From: Desulfomonilia bacterium
GTDB lineage: Bacteria > Desulfobacterota > Desulfomonilia > UBA1062
Direction of reading: 5' to 3'
DNA length: 64,000 bases
NCBI GenBank assembly: GCA_963664325.2
Contig: CAXXDQ010000007.1
Span: 448,001-512,000, forward strand
In this document: positions 40,050 through 50,510 of the stretch, one piece after another
Layout of the letters: every line of letters begins with the position of its first letter
Position numbering within the stretch: position 1 is the stretch's first letter
Program-made: the position numbers and the translations under genes
Notes under the pieces: generated by a model
The model's database searches: none
What the model saw: the letters and a program-made list of their open reading frames with translations, nothing else
What the model was told of the DNA's origin: nothing

Positions 40050-41131
40050 TGTTCACAGGCAAGAATTATCAGATCGGTCTTCTGGTCTTCATTGTGATAG
40101 CGATACAGCTGCTGATTACTTTTGCGGGCAAAACGCCTTATCTGACCCAGCTTACCATGACCGGCTATTATTCCATGGTCATCATAGGACTTACCCTTCT
40201 GATGGGGTATACAGGTCAGATATCTTTGGGGCATGCCGGTTTCTTTGCTATAGGAGGCTACACTTCCGCCTTCCTGACAACATTCAATATGCTGCCATAC
40301 AAGGCAAAGTCTCTGGTGGCATTTCTTAACAACATAGGGTTGCTTACGCTCCGCAAGGACCTTTACGAAACGGACATACTCACAATGACTCCATGGGCGG
40401 CATGCATTGCCGCAGTCCTTCTGAGTGTCGTTATCGCCTGGATAATCGGCAGGCCGGTGCTCAAACTCAAGGGACACTACCTTGCCATGGCGACGCTCGG
40501 CTTCGGTACGATAATATACAAAATCGTGCTTGCAACCACTTTCCTGGGTGCTGCGGACGGAATTTCCGACATACCTGGCTTCTGTATTTTTCCGGGTCTG
40601 GAGGTAAGCGGAAAGTCGTCCCTTCGCATAGAGAATTATTATATAGCATGGGGTCTTGTAGTCATAAGCATGATTCTGCTTACGAACCTTATACATTCCA
40701 GGGTCGGCCGCGCGCTGCGATCCATACATGCGGCCGAGGACGCATCCAATGCCATGGGCGTGAACACCTCCCAGTACAAACTGAAGATATTTATCCTGAG
40801 CGCGGCGCTCGCCTCCCTGGGCGGCGTGTTCCTTACGCATTTCAACGGCGGCATAGGACCCTCGGAAGCCTCCATCATGAAGTCTGTCAGATATGTGGCT
40901 ATTGTGGCAATCGGAGGCATGGCAAACCTCTGGGGTGCATTGTTCATGGGTGTGCTGCTTAATTTCCTTTCCCTAAGGGGTTACCTGGGCTCATATGACG
41001 ATGCGGTCTTCGGTGCGATACTTATTGTTATAATGCTCTTTGCCCCTGACGGGCTTTTAAGAAAAGAACTGTTCACCGGCATACCGGATAAGCTGAAACA
41101 CATGGTTAAAAGAAAGGGGTCTTCGGCATGA
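40049..41131 (+). CDS. livM: Branched-chain ABC permease (LivM-like)
   Basis: GYTGQISLGHAGF, LKGHYLAMATLGF, GRALRSI. Confidence 0.88.
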   Translation: MFTGKNYQIGLLVFIVIAIQLLITFAGKTPYLTQLTMTGYYSMVIIGLTLLMGYTGQISLGHAGFFAIGGYTSAFLTTFNMLPYKAKSLVAFLNNIGLLTLRKDLYETDILTMTPWAACIAAVLLSVVIAWIIGRPVLKLKGHYLAMATLGFGTIIYKIVLATTFLGAADGISDIPGFCIFPGLEVSGKSSLRIENYYIAWGLVVISMILLTNLIHSRVGRALRSIHAAEDASNAMGVNTSQYKLKIFILSAALASLGGVFLTHFNGGIGPSEASIMKSVRYVAIVAIGGMANLWGALFMGVLLNFLSLRGYLGSYDDAVFGAILIVIMLFAPDGLLRKELFTGIPDKLKHMVKRKGSSA

Positions 41132-41898
41132 TAATCCTCGAAGCCGGCAACCTCAATAAACGCTTCGGCGGTCTGCAGGCCGTAGGAGATGTCAGTTTCA
41201 CTGTCAGGGAGGGTACAATCAAGGCGCTTATCGGCCCGAACGGCGCAGGCAAAACCACGCTCTTCAACCTTCTTACCGGCGTGATCCCTCCCGATTCCGG
41301 CAGGATAGTGTTTAATGGACGAGAAATCCAGCGGGCCCATCCCTACATCGTGGCAGAGCTTGGAATGGCGCGTACATTCCAGCATATCAGGCTCTTTTCA
41401 GGAATGACCGCCATCGAGAACATCATGGTAGGTAGGCACACGCACAGCAGGTCTGGTTTTATCTCCTGCATGCTGGGCCTTCCCCCTACGGGAAAAGAAG
41501 AAAAATTCATAAAGGAAAAATCCTTTGAAATAATGAAATTCCTCGGCATCGAGGAACATGCGCATACCAATGCCGCAAGCCTTGCCTACGGCCAGCAGCG
41601 GATAGTTGAACTGGGCCGGGCGCTGGCATGCGAGCCGAAGCTTCTACTTCTTGATGAACCTGCCGCAGGGCTCAACATGAGAGAGACAGCAGAAATGGCA
41701 AAGCTCATCATGAAGATCAGGGATACGGGCATTACAGTGCTTATCGTCGAGCACGACATGAGTCTTGTCATGAACATCTCGGATGAGATACTCGTCTTGA
41801 GCTACGGCCAGAAGATAGCCGATGACATACCCTTGGCGATACAGAAGAATCCCGAAGTTATCAGGGTATACCTGGGGGAGGACGATGCTCAGGCTTAG
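41128..41898 (+). CDS. livG: Branched-chain ABC ATPase (LivG-like)
   Basis: FGGLQAV, GPNGAGKTT, ARTFQ, LDEPAAG, EHDM. Confidence 0.92.
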   Translation: MIILEAGNLNKRFGGLQAVGDVSFTVREGTIKALIGPNGAGKTTLFNLLTGVIPPDSGRIVFNGREIQRAHPYIVAELGMARTFQHIRLFSGMTAIENIMVGRHTHSRSGFISCMLGLPPTGKEEKFIKEKSFEIMKFLGIEEHAHTNAASLAYGQQRIVELGRALACEPKLLLLDEPAAGLNMRETAEMAKLIMKIRDTGITVLIVEHDMSLVMNISDEILVLSYGQKIADDIPLAIQKNPEVIRVYLGEDDAQA

Positions 41899-42623
41899 GA
41901 ACATGGAATCCGGCTATTCCGGACTTAAGGTGTTGAGGCGGTTGTCCATTCACGTCTCCCAGGGTGAAATCGTCACCATAATAGGCGCAAACGGTGCCGG
42001 GAAAACGACCCTTTTGAAGACAATTGCGGGGCTTATAAAGGCCTCTTCAGGCGAAATCCTTTTTGAGAATTCCGACATCTCGAAGCTTCCGCCAGAAAAG
42101 GTCGTCATGCTGGGATGTTCGCTCGTGCCTGAAGGAAGGCAGGTCTTCGCACCCATGACGGTCAGGGAAAACCTTCTGCTCGGGGCATACCCGCAGTATA
42201 GAAGAAGAAAAAAGCAAAGAAGTCGATGAAGACCTGCGGCGCATATTCACGCTGTTCCCGAGGCTTCTCGAGCGCGAAAAGCAGCTTGCGGGAACCCTCT
42301 CGGGAGGGGAGCAGCAGATGCTCGCCATGGGAAGGGCGCTTATGGCAAGGCCCAAGCTCATCATGATGGACGAGCCTTCAATGGGGCTTGCACCGCTGAT
42401 TGTGAAGGATATCTTTTCGATAATACGCCTTCTCAAGGATGAAGGTAACACTGTGCTTCTCGTCGAACAGAACGCAAAGATGGCCCTGTCCATTGCAGAC
42501 AGGGGCTACGTGCTGGAAACCGGCAGGATCATGCTTGAAGAAAAGGCCCAGGAACTCCTGTCCAACAAGGATGTCCAGAGGGCGTACCTAGGCAGGGACC
42601 TGGATTCGGAAGTCAGGATATAA
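41885..42623 (+). pseudogene. livF: Branched-chain ABC ATPase (LivF-like) with one frameshift (probable sequencing error)
   Basis: GANGAGKTT and VPEGR in one frame, [16 protein letters not shown] and DEPSMG in the next; removing one A from the A6 run at 42208-42213 joins them. Confidence 0.88.
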
Positions 42624-42660
42624 GATATGAACCCGCCAATATCATTACCGGGAGGCAGAT

Positions 42661-43947
42661 ATGTATTTTGAACCTGAACAGGAACAGATGGACAGGGAAG
42701 AATTAAAGCAGCTCCAGCTCGAACAGCTTCAGGCTATATTGTCCAGGGTTTACATGCATGTCCCGTTTTACAGGAAAAAGTTCGATGAAATGAAAATCGA
42801 CCCTGACGACTTCAAAAACCTCGACGACCTGAAGAGCCTCCCCTTCACGACCAAAGAGGACATCTCGGACAACTACCCTTACGGCATGTTCGCGGTTCCC
42901 CTGCGTGAGGTTGTAAGGATTCATGCCTCATCCGACATGTCGGCTGTTGTCGGTTATACGAAGAACGACATCAAGACATGGTCGAACCTGGTTGCAAGAC
43001 TTCTCACTGCGGGCGGAGTGACAAAGGACGACGTCGTCCAGATTGCCTACGGCTACAGCCTTCTTACCGGCGGGTTCGGCCTGCACTACGGAGCGGAGAA
43101 GATAGGCGCGTCAGTCATTCCGATTTCAACAGGCAACACTGCGCGGCAGATAAAGATCATGAAGGATTTCAGGACTACGGCCCTTGTCTGCACCCCGGGC
43201 TATGCCATGCATATCGCCGAGACCATCCACAAGTCGGGGACAGGCCTGGGCAATCTGTCGCTCAAGTACGGGCTTTTCGGCGGCGAACCCTGGTCAGAGG
43301 CTACAAGAAAGGAAATCGAGGAAAAGCTCCATATCACGGCAACCGACAACTACGGTCTCAGCGAAGTGATAGGACCGGGTGTGGCATGCGAATGCCTTGA
43401 AAAGGACGGCCTTCATATTGAGGAGGACCATTTCCTTGTCGAAATAGTCGATCCTGTAACGCTTGCCCCTGTAAAACCGGGTGAATCAGGCGAAGTTGTC
43501 ATCACAACGCTCACTAAAGAAGCCTTCCCTGTAATAAGATACAGAACGCGCGACATCTCGAGGCTGCTTCCGGGCCAATGCAAATGCGGCCGGACGATGC
43601 AGAGAATGGCTCGCATCATGGGCCGGACCGACGACATGCTCATAATAAAGGGCGTCAATGTATTCCCGTCGCAGGTTGGGGCAGTGCTTTCCGAAGTGGA
43701 AGGGACCGAACCCAATTATCAGATAATCATCGAGAGAAAAGGCGCCATTGATGAAATGAAAATCAATGTCGAGGTCTCTGAAAGCAGTTTCTTTGACGAA
43801 ATCAAAAAGCATCAGGAACTGATTGAAGAAATCAAAGACAAGATTGCCTCATCCATCGGGATATCGACACTTGTCAGGCTGGTCGAGAAGAAATCGCTTG
43901 GCGAGGCGACCGGGGCAAGGGTAATTGACAAGAGAGGCATATATTGA
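42661..43947 (+). CDS. paaK: Phenylacetate-CoA ligase family
   Basis: LPFTTK, YPYGMFAVP, RIHASS, GGFGLHYG, YGLSE, IRYRTRD, GRTDDMLIIKGVNVFPSQ. Confidence 0.9.
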   Translation: MYFEPEQEQMDREELKQLQLEQLQAILSRVYMHVPFYRKKFDEMKIDPDDFKNLDDLKSLPFTTKEDISDNYPYGMFAVPLREVVRIHASSDMSAVVGYTKNDIKTWSNLVARLLTAGGVTKDDVVQIAYGYSLLTGGFGLHYGAEKIGASVIPISTGNTARQIKIMKDFRTTALVCTPGYAMHIAETIHKSGTGLGNLSLKYGLFGGEPWSEATRKEIEEKLHITATDNYGLSEVIGPGVACECLEKDGLHIEEDHFLVEIVDPVTLAPVKPGESGEVVITTLTKEAFPVIRYRTRDISRLLPGQCKCGRTMQRMARIMGRTDDMLIIKGVNVFPSQVGAVLSEVEGTEPNYQIIIERKGAIDEMKINVEVSESSFFDEIKKHQELIEEIKDKIASSIGISTLVRLVEKKSLGEATGARVIDKRGIY

Positions 43948-43974
43948 ATAGTCTTCATCTTGAAAGGGGTGACG

Positions 43975-44427
43975 ATGGAAAATGAAACCGTAAACAAAAA
44001 ACGGAAAAAGATTATATTGACTGTCATATTTGCCGTGTTTGTAATTTCAGGAGTCAGCATCCAGTTCCCGAACCTGATCCACGACTACCGGGCAAAAAGC
44101 TTTGTCAAAAAATGGGTCCCGGTATTCACAAACTGCAGATCTCTAAACTGTATCTATACAACCTCCGGCATGAGCCCGGATTTTTTTTACAAAAGGACTT
44201 TTGAAAACGGCGAATGGGTAATTGCCATAAATGCCGATTCATGCAGTGGAGTGGGCGGCTTCAATACCTCCATATTCTACGGCAGTGACGGCGCCCTCTA
44301 TTACCAGACCGGATATAAATACTGCGGCCAGGCCGTTTTCACGAAAGAACTGAACAGCATCAGGGAAAGCGAACTTACTCGATTCTATGACAAGCTCCCC
44401 TACAGGCTTCATCAATGGAAAGGGTAA
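43975..44427 (+). CDS. Hypothetical membrane-anchored protein
   Basis: Basic N-terminus with one TM and a Cys-containing soluble part; no family recognised. Confidence 0.6.
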   Translation: MENETVNKKRKKIILTVIFAVFVISGVSIQFPNLIHDYRAKSFVKKWVPVFTNCRSLNCIYTTSGMSPDFFYKRTFENGEWVIAINADSCSGVGGFNTSIFYGSDGALYYQTGYKYCGQAVFTKELNSIRESELTRFYDKLPYRLHQWKG

Positions 44428-44457
44428 GATATAAGCTGGGGCCGGTTAAAAATATTA

Positions 44458-44489
44458 ACGGAGGAACAGGGCTGGCCCCGTTCCTCCGT
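44458..44489. terminator. Bidirectional rho-independent terminator
   Basis: ACGGAGGAAC...GTTCCTCCGT stem between convergent genes, T-rich on the right side. Confidence 0.75.
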
Positions 44490-44506
44490 CTTTAATACTC
44501 TTTTAA

Positions 44507-46225
44507 TTATGGAACCTGTACACTCATGCCGCCTTCATTGGCACGTACAAAATCAAGCAGGCGGCCGAAAACCTGGTTGGGTCTGCGGTATGGCCGGTCC
44601 GCCGCGGCAAAGAGCACATCAAGATGGTTGTATCCCTGAAGAAGGGGATCCGTGCGAACCGGAAAATTGATGATCGGGAAGGTGTTCAGGATATCCCCAT
44701 GAAGAAAGTTGAGCCCGTAATTCTTGTTGAATGAAGCTGCCGCAGCCTGCGAATCCAGGCTGATGCGGTTGGTGAAGTACCATTCCATGAAGTTCGACGG
44801 TCCCCGGTACTGGGCAAGTGAAAAGTCCTTGATATCGGTGACTTCTTCCTGCCAGGTGGTATAGGTGAGCTTTCCGGTGGTGTCTCTGTAATCAGGATGG
44901 TCGGCATTGCCGACCTGGTCGAATGGCACCCAGGAATAAAGCGGCCCCGTTCCAAGGGCATCAGCGGGACCAGCATTCCAGGCAATGAATTCGCCGTCCT
45001 TTTTTATAACACTGCCCAGGCCGAGCAGGTCTGCCAGAGAACCTGGAAAATCCTTCTTAACAACGGCCCCGCCCTGGAGGAACCCCAGGCTGGCCTGGAG
45101 GAAGGTGACCGGCTGGAAGTTGTCATCGAGGAAGACACCCAGGAGGGCCTCGTTGGTATAGCGGAAATCATTAAGCGACGGGCTGCCGGACAGATAATGG
45201 CAAAGGCTGCGTGAATGCAGCAGCTTGATCAGGTTCTTTGTTGCCTGTGAATAGTTGACTGTCCTGAAAGTTGTGGCTTCCTCGTCCGGGTGCATATAAG
45301 CGTTCATGGCGAGGATTTCCAGCAGGGCCATGGCCTCTGGCGTCACTCCGGTAAATAGGTTGAGCCGCTTCGCCTCGCCGGTACGGATCTGGTTCAGGGT
45401 ATCGAAGTAGGTTTGCTCGTCCATGGTGCTTGTGCGGGGACCGACATTGCCGTCCAGGCCTATCAGACCTGCGCAGTTCATATAACCCGCATCATTGAGT
45501 GTGGCCGGATTGGCGTCGAAGTCCCATCCGGCAAAGAAGGATGTAAACGTCCCCCCCATGGAATGTCCGCCTATGAAGACGCACTGCCTGCGTGCTTCGG
45601 GTTCCGGAATCTTGGTGGTGATGACAGTCCAGACATCTTTCATCAGGAGTTCGAGACCGAATTCGGAAAGCACGGCCAGGTCGGCATCGCTGTGGAAACC
45701 CTTAAAGGATTCACCGTCAACAGTACCGCCATTGAAGTAGTAGTCGACCGCGATCTGCGGGTCTGAATTATCCTCGGCTGCATTCATGCCCGTTAGATCC
45801 TCCATGCAGTTGCCCCGACGCTCCATGGCCCACACCTCCACGCTGCCCAGGGTATCATCAGCTTCGGCCATGGAAACGATCTGCCGGCCCAGATAATCAA
45901 AGCTGTTGGCCCCTCCCATGTAGCCAGGAATGAGCACAATGACAGCCTTGACGGGCTTGGGCTGAGCTTCCCCTTCCCCGGTCGCAGGACGATAGCGCAG
46001 GAAACGGATATAATCGCAGTCCCAGTCGCACTTGAATTCTGTCGGCACCGAACCGTTGGTGCGTGGATAAGGTGCATAAATCATCTCTTCCTGGACAATG
46101 ACTTTCTGTTCGACGGGTACTATGATCGCAGTTTCTACAGGAGCCTCGGGAACCGGCCCGCCTGGCAGATAACATGACGCGGCAAACAGGAGCACGATAC
46201 ACAAGGTCAATACTATACGTTTCAT
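44507..46225 (-). CDS. Lipoprotein alpha/beta hydrolase
   Basis: Lipobox FAASC; IPGYMGG, GHSMGG nucleophile, C-terminal GYNHLD. Confidence 0.8.
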   Translation of the reverse strand: MKRIVLTLCIVLLFAASCYLPGGPVPEAPVETAIIVPVEQKVIVQEEMIYAPYPRTNGSVPTEFKCDWDCDYIRFLRYRPATGEGEAQPKPVKAVIVLIPGYMGGANSFDYLGRQIVSMAEADDTLGSVEVWAMERRGNCMEDLTGMNAAEDNSDPQIAVDYYFNGGTVDGESFKGFHSDADLAVLSEFGLELLMKDVWTVITTKIPEPEARRQCVFIGGHSMGGTFTSFFAGWDFDANPATLNDAGYMNCAGLIGLDGNVGPRTSTMDEQTYFDTLNQIRTGEAKRLNLFTGVTPEAMALLEILAMNAYMHPDEEATTFRTVNYSQATKNLIKLLHSRSLCHYLSGSPSLNDFRYTNEALLGVFLDDNFQPVTFLQASLGFLQGGAVVKKDFPGSLADLLGLGSVIKKDGEFIAWNAGPADALGTGPLYSWVPFDQVGNADHPDYRDTTGKLTYTTWQEEVTDIKDFSLAQYRGPSNFMEWYFTNRISLDSQAAAASFNKNYGLNFLHGDILNTFPIINFPVRTDPLLQGYNHLDVLFAAADRPYRRPNQVFGRLLDFVRANEGGMSVQVP

Positions 46226-46284
46226 AAGAAACCTCCCTGTTTTGTAATCAAACACTTACAAAGTCATAAAAATAAACTATTGTA

Positions 46285-46371
46285 ATAGTAATAATAGCAT
46301 AGTCTGATGTCAACCTGTTAAGGATTCCCTGGATTTGACGCGTTGACAGCAAAGCGATTTAATTATAGTAT
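46285..46371. promoter_or_regulatory. Back-to-back sigma70 promoters
   Basis: Minus strand TTGACA-N17-TACTAT (46313-46285); plus strand TTGACA-N17-TAGTAT (46343-46371). Confidence 0.55.
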
Positions 46372-46514
46372 AAATCATATTTTGATTTCTGTAATGCACA
46401 TATATTCAAACAGAATGAGGCTCTCAAGGCGTTTTCATTTTTATGTGGAAGTTGACTGGAGTTTTAAGTGTGCATTACGGGTATCAAGCATAAAATCAGC
46501 CTAGGAGGTATGAT

Positions 46515-48437
46515 ATGTTCAGTGGGAATTGTATTATGAGGAAACTGTTTATCCTTGCCGTGATCATCATCTGCATCTCTGTTGTACCGGGATGCAAAAA
46601 AGACGGCATCAACGGCAAGCTGACCATTCTGAGCACAAACGACAGCCATTCACATCTTCTAGGGGACCCGGCCGAACAGTATGATCCGGGCGTTACAGGC
46701 GATGGAACCGTCGGCGGCGCATCCAGGGTTGCCGCCGTCATCGATTCGGAACGGCTTGCAAACCCCGATCTGATGGCTTTTTCCGCCGGCGACTTTATCG
46801 ACGGGACCATCATGATCACAGGGGAAACCGGCGCAGCAGACCTCAATATGCTGAAAGACATGGGCTTTACCGCCGCATGTCTGGGCAATCACGAGATGGG
46901 CATGGGCCCCGAAGGACTGGCCGGAATGATCCTTAATGCAAAGAAGCCAATGCTCCCGCTTTTATGCTCCAATTTCAGCTTCAGCCAGGCCGACACCCCC
47001 GAGGGGCATTCCGACGACCTCCTGGAGTCGCTGCATTCAGAAACAGAGCAGCCGGACAAATATGTTTTTGACTACATCGTCCGCCAAACCCCGTCCGGGA
47101 TAAAGGTGGGCATCTTCGGGCTCATAGGCAAGAATGTGCTGATGCCTGACGCCCTGCCCGTGAAATTCAAAATCGATAACCTGAAGATACAGTCCCTGGT
47201 TAACAAGCTGCGCAACACGGAGAAGGTCGACGTTGTCGTATGCCTCATGCATGCTGATTTCTCGGTAGATGGAACCGGAACCGCCAGCGGAGAGGTAGCC
47301 GACCTGGCCAAGAACGTGAGGGGCATCGACATAATCTGCTCCGGCCACTCTCACACACTCGGGACAGCCAATGTGAAATACTGGCTGCCCTGGTGCACCT
47401 GGACCACCACCATTATTGAGGCCAAAGACAATTTCAAATATGTCCATGCAGCAAACCTCTTTGTTGAAAAAGGAGATGTCAACCCAGCCCTCACAGAAAC
47501 ACATATCATAAATGTCGATGATACGATATTAGGGTCCCCGGCGGTCATTGACCGGGAAAACAGCCTTATCGAGGATATCCAGGCGAATTACCTGAGCCGG
47601 TTCCCTGCACTTGGCGACGGCTCTGTCTTTGCCGCGCTGGCGCATTCGGATTTTGCCTTCTCCCGTTTAAATTCCATGAATCTGGTAACGGATGCCATGC
47701 GGAGCATAGCAGGCACCGACGTCGCAGTCTGTACCCCGGGAGTCGATACGGCCTTCATCCAGACGCCTCCAGACGGAACAATCAGCGTATATGAAGCATT
47801 CGCAGCCATGCCCCACAGCATGGGCAGGGACAGCATGCCGGGAGGAGCACTCTATGCCTATAATCTTAAAGGCTCTGAACTCCTGTCTCTCTTCGAGCTG
47901 GGGACTTGCCTGCTGGGCCAGCTGACCAGCGATTTCTTTGTGGTTCCCTCGGGAATGAAGATCGTTTTTGATACCAAGGCGCTTCTGGGCAAACGCGTAC
48001 TTCAGATGTATGCCATTTCAGCCGATGAAGGCACAGAGACGCTCCTGTACGACAGTAAAGACCCCAAATACATTCTAAGGGGCGGGTGGATAGCAGATCC
48101 GCAGAAAAGCTACTCCGTAAGTTCAAGTCTTCTCGTCCTGCAGGGAGTCAGGTACGTATCCAACCTCCTGCCGCTTGTTGATATATGGCCACGGGATGCT
48201 TCTGGGAAACAGGTCAGATGGGAGGTCGTCTCAGACCTGGACCAGTTTGTAGTTCATGGCATCAACCCCTTAACCGAAGAAACCTATGAGGTAAAGGCCT
48301 GGTACGGCCTGTCCCAATGGCTCCTGAATTTGACCGGCGGAGAGATTCCGGCGCGCTTCAATGACGATACGACGATCAACCCCGTCGGGCCGTCCTGGCG
48401 CCGGGTATGGGACGTACAAAAATACGGCCAGCCTTAA
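46515..48437 (+). CDS. 5'-nucleotidase/metallophosphoesterase family lipoprotein
   Basis: VVPGC lipobox; TNDSHSH, AGDF, LGNHE, H, SGHSH. Confidence 0.85.
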   Translation: MFSGNCIMRKLFILAVIIICISVVPGCKKDGINGKLTILSTNDSHSHLLGDPAEQYDPGVTGDGTVGGASRVAAVIDSERLANPDLMAFSAGDFIDGTIMITGETGAADLNMLKDMGFTAACLGNHEMGMGPEGLAGMILNAKKPMLPLLCSNFSFSQADTPEGHSDDLLESLHSETEQPDKYVFDYIVRQTPSGIKVGIFGLIGKNVLMPDALPVKFKIDNLKIQSLVNKLRNTEKVDVVVCLMHADFSVDGTGTASGEVADLAKNVRGIDIICSGHSHTLGTANVKYWLPWCTWTTTIIEAKDNFKYVHAANLFVEKGDVNPALTETHIINVDDTILGSPAVIDRENSLIEDIQANYLSRFPALGDGSVFAALAHSDFAFSRLNSMNLVTDAMRSIAGTDVAVCTPGVDTAFIQTPPDGTISVYEAFAAMPHSMGRDSMPGGALYAYNLKGSELLSLFELGTCLLGQLTSDFFVVPSGMKIVFDTKALLGKRVLQMYAISADEGTETLLYDSKDPKYILRGGWIADPQKSYSVSSSLLVLQGVRYVSNLLPLVDIWPRDASGKQVRWEVVSDLDQFVVHGINPLTEETYEVKAWYGLSQWLLNLTGGEIPARFNDDTTINPVGPSWRRVWDVQKYGQP

Positions 48438-48496
48438 TAGTACGAAACTTCTTCCGGAGGGCAGGAACCGGCTGAGAAACGGCTTCTGCCTTCCAA

Positions 48497-48521
48497 TGTC
48501 TCCTGACTCCTGTCTCCTGAT
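48497..48521. repeat. Short heptamer tandem repeat (TCCTGWC)n
   Basis: TGTC-TCCTGAC-TCCTGTC-TCCTGAT; a degenerate reverse-complement version lies at 62702-62736. Confidence 0.45.
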
Positions 48522-48525
48522 TTCA

Positions 48526-49470
48526 TCACTTGTCAAATAGCTTCAGGTATTCTCCATACCCCTGCTTTTCCATCTCCTCCCTGGGGATGAATTTCAGTGA
48601 AGCCGAGTTTATGCAGTATCTGAGGCCAGTCGGAGCCGGCCCGTCTTTGAAAACATGTCCCAGATGGGAATCGGCGCCTTTGCTTCTGACCTCTGTCCTG
48701 GCCATAAATCCTTGTTCTTTCTTTTCCACAATATTTTTCTTTTCAACAGGCCTGGTAAAACTCGGCCAGCCAGTGCCCGAATCAAATTTGTCTCTTGAGC
48801 CGAAAAGCACCTCTCCCGAAACTATGTCGACATAGATGCCGTCTTTCCTGTTGTCCCAGTATTCATTCCTGAACGGAGGCTCGGTGCCGCACTGCTGTGT
48901 GACATTATACTGCATCGGGCTGAGCTTGTTCTTCAGATTATCCTTGTTCCAAATCCTGTCTAGCCATGAGTTCCTTCCGGAACCTTCCCTGTACAGCCTG
49001 TACCTGACAGGACATTTTTTCGAATAGCCCTGATGATAGTCTTCCGCCCTGTAAAAGGACGACGCTGGAAGTATCTTCGTTGCAACAGGTTTACCAAGTA
49101 TTCCCATGTTGTTAAGACGTTTCTTTGATTCTTCGGCAAGCTTCTTTTGATTCTCATCCTTATAGAAAACAGCCGTCTGATACTGCTGTCCCCTGTCAGT
49201 AAACTGTCCTGCGGAATCTGTCGGATCAATGTTCCTCCAGAATATATCCAGTAGTCTCTCATAGGTAGTCACTGAAGGGTCAAAAACCACCTCAACCGCC
49301 TCGTAATGGCCTGTAGAACCTGAGCACACCTGTTCATAGGTGGGGTTTGCGACAGACCCTCCTGTGTATCCCGAGACGACCTTTAAAACACCCTTTTCCC
49401 TGCTGAAAGCAGATTCTGTACACCAGAAACAGCCCCCAGCAAAAACTGCTGTTTCAGGATTTTTTTTCAT
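48526..49470 (-). CDS. msrAB: Peptide methionine sulfoxide reductase MsrA/MsrB fusion
   Basis: AGGCFWC, AEDYHQ; [24 protein letters not shown]. Confidence 0.96.
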   Translation of the reverse strand: MKKNPETAVFAGGCFWCTESAFSREKGVLKVVSGYTGGSVANPTYEQVCSGSTGHYEAVEVVFDPSVTTYERLLDIFWRNIDPTDSAGQFTDRGQQYQTAVFYKDENQKKLAEESKKRLNNMGILGKPVATKILPASSFYRAEDYHQGYSKKCPVRYRLYREGSGRNSWLDRIWNKDNLKNKLSPMQYNVTQQCGTEPPFRNEYWDNRKDGIYVDIVSGEVLFGSRDKFDSGTGWPSFTRPVEKKNIVEKKEQGFMARTEVRSKGADSHLGHVFKDGPAPTGLRYCINSASLKFIPREEMEKQGYGEYLKLFDK

Positions 49471-49616
49471 CCCGGTTATTTCCTTTCCCTCATTTTAGGA
49501 ACAGGCTGCAATAAAAGTAATTGCAGCAGCAATGAGGATTGCTTTATTCACATTTATTCAGTAGGGATTGGAGTTAGAAATCTCAAGGGCTCGGATTACA
49601 GATTCTATTTTCAAGG

Positions 49617-50483
49617 GTGTTGCTGATGCAGAACAACATTAATCCCAAGGCATTATCGGCCGGCATAGGAGATGCTGAGATATCTTACCTCGACTACGAA
49701 GGCAGCGGGGAGACCATAATCTTTCTGCATGCAACAGGATTCATGCCATGGATATGGCATCCGATTGCAAGAAAGTTTGCCGGAAAATACAAGGTGTTAG
49801 CACCTTATTTCTGCGACCACCGTTCGGCTGACCCTTATGAAGGAGGCCTCGACTGGCTTCAGCTAGCAGATGATTTTACGAAGTTCTGCAATGTACTGAA
49901 TATAAAAAAGCCCTGTCTGGTCGGCCACTCCATGGGTGCAACCGTCATAACGATTGCCTCTGCAGTTTCCGGGCTCGAATCTTCGGGAATGGTGCTGATC
50001 GAGCCTATATTCCTTCCTGATGCCATTTACAAAATGGACTTGAGCGTTGAACAGCACCCCCTTGCCTCAAAATCCATCAAACGCCGCGACGGCTGGGCGG
50101 ATTCTGAAGAGGCTTTTGCCTATCTTAAATCAAGGCCTCTATTCACTAGGTGGGATGATGAAATGCTGCACCTTTATCTCAAGCACGGTATGAAGCCTGA
50201 CGAGGAAGGGCTCAAGCTCACCTGTTCGCCTGTCAAAGAAGCCTCCCTCTTTATGGGCGGCACACATTTCAACCCATGGCCCGTACTTCCCGAAGTCACC
50301 TGCCCTGTTCTCGTCATCGAAGGGGCATTGAGCGAAAACAGAGGCTTTATAGAATATGAAAAGGCGACCAGCCTTTTCCCCAAGGGCAGGTATCTGCTGG
50401 TTGAAGACGCAGGACACTTGATACCTATGGAAAAACCCGACTTGATCGCGGAGAAGATTCAATCCTTTTTCTCTGAAAAATAG
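49617..50483 (+). CDS. Alpha/beta hydrolase
   Basis: FLHATG, GHSMG, AGHLIPME. Confidence 0.88.
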   Translation: MLLMQNNINPKALSAGIGDAEISYLDYEGSGETIIFLHATGFMPWIWHPIARKFAGKYKVLAPYFCDHRSADPYEGGLDWLQLADDFTKFCNVLNIKKPCLVGHSMGATVITIASAVSGLESSGMVLIEPIFLPDAIYKMDLSVEQHPLASKSIKRRDGWADSEEAFAYLKSRPLFTRWDDEMLHLYLKHGMKPDEEGLKLTCSPVKEASLFMGGTHFNPWPVLPEVTCPVLVIEGALSENRGFIEYEKATSLFPKGRYLLVEDAGHLIPMEKPDLIAEKIQSFFSEK

Positions 50484-50510
50484 AAGGGATATCTGAAAGG
50501 GGGATTTAAG

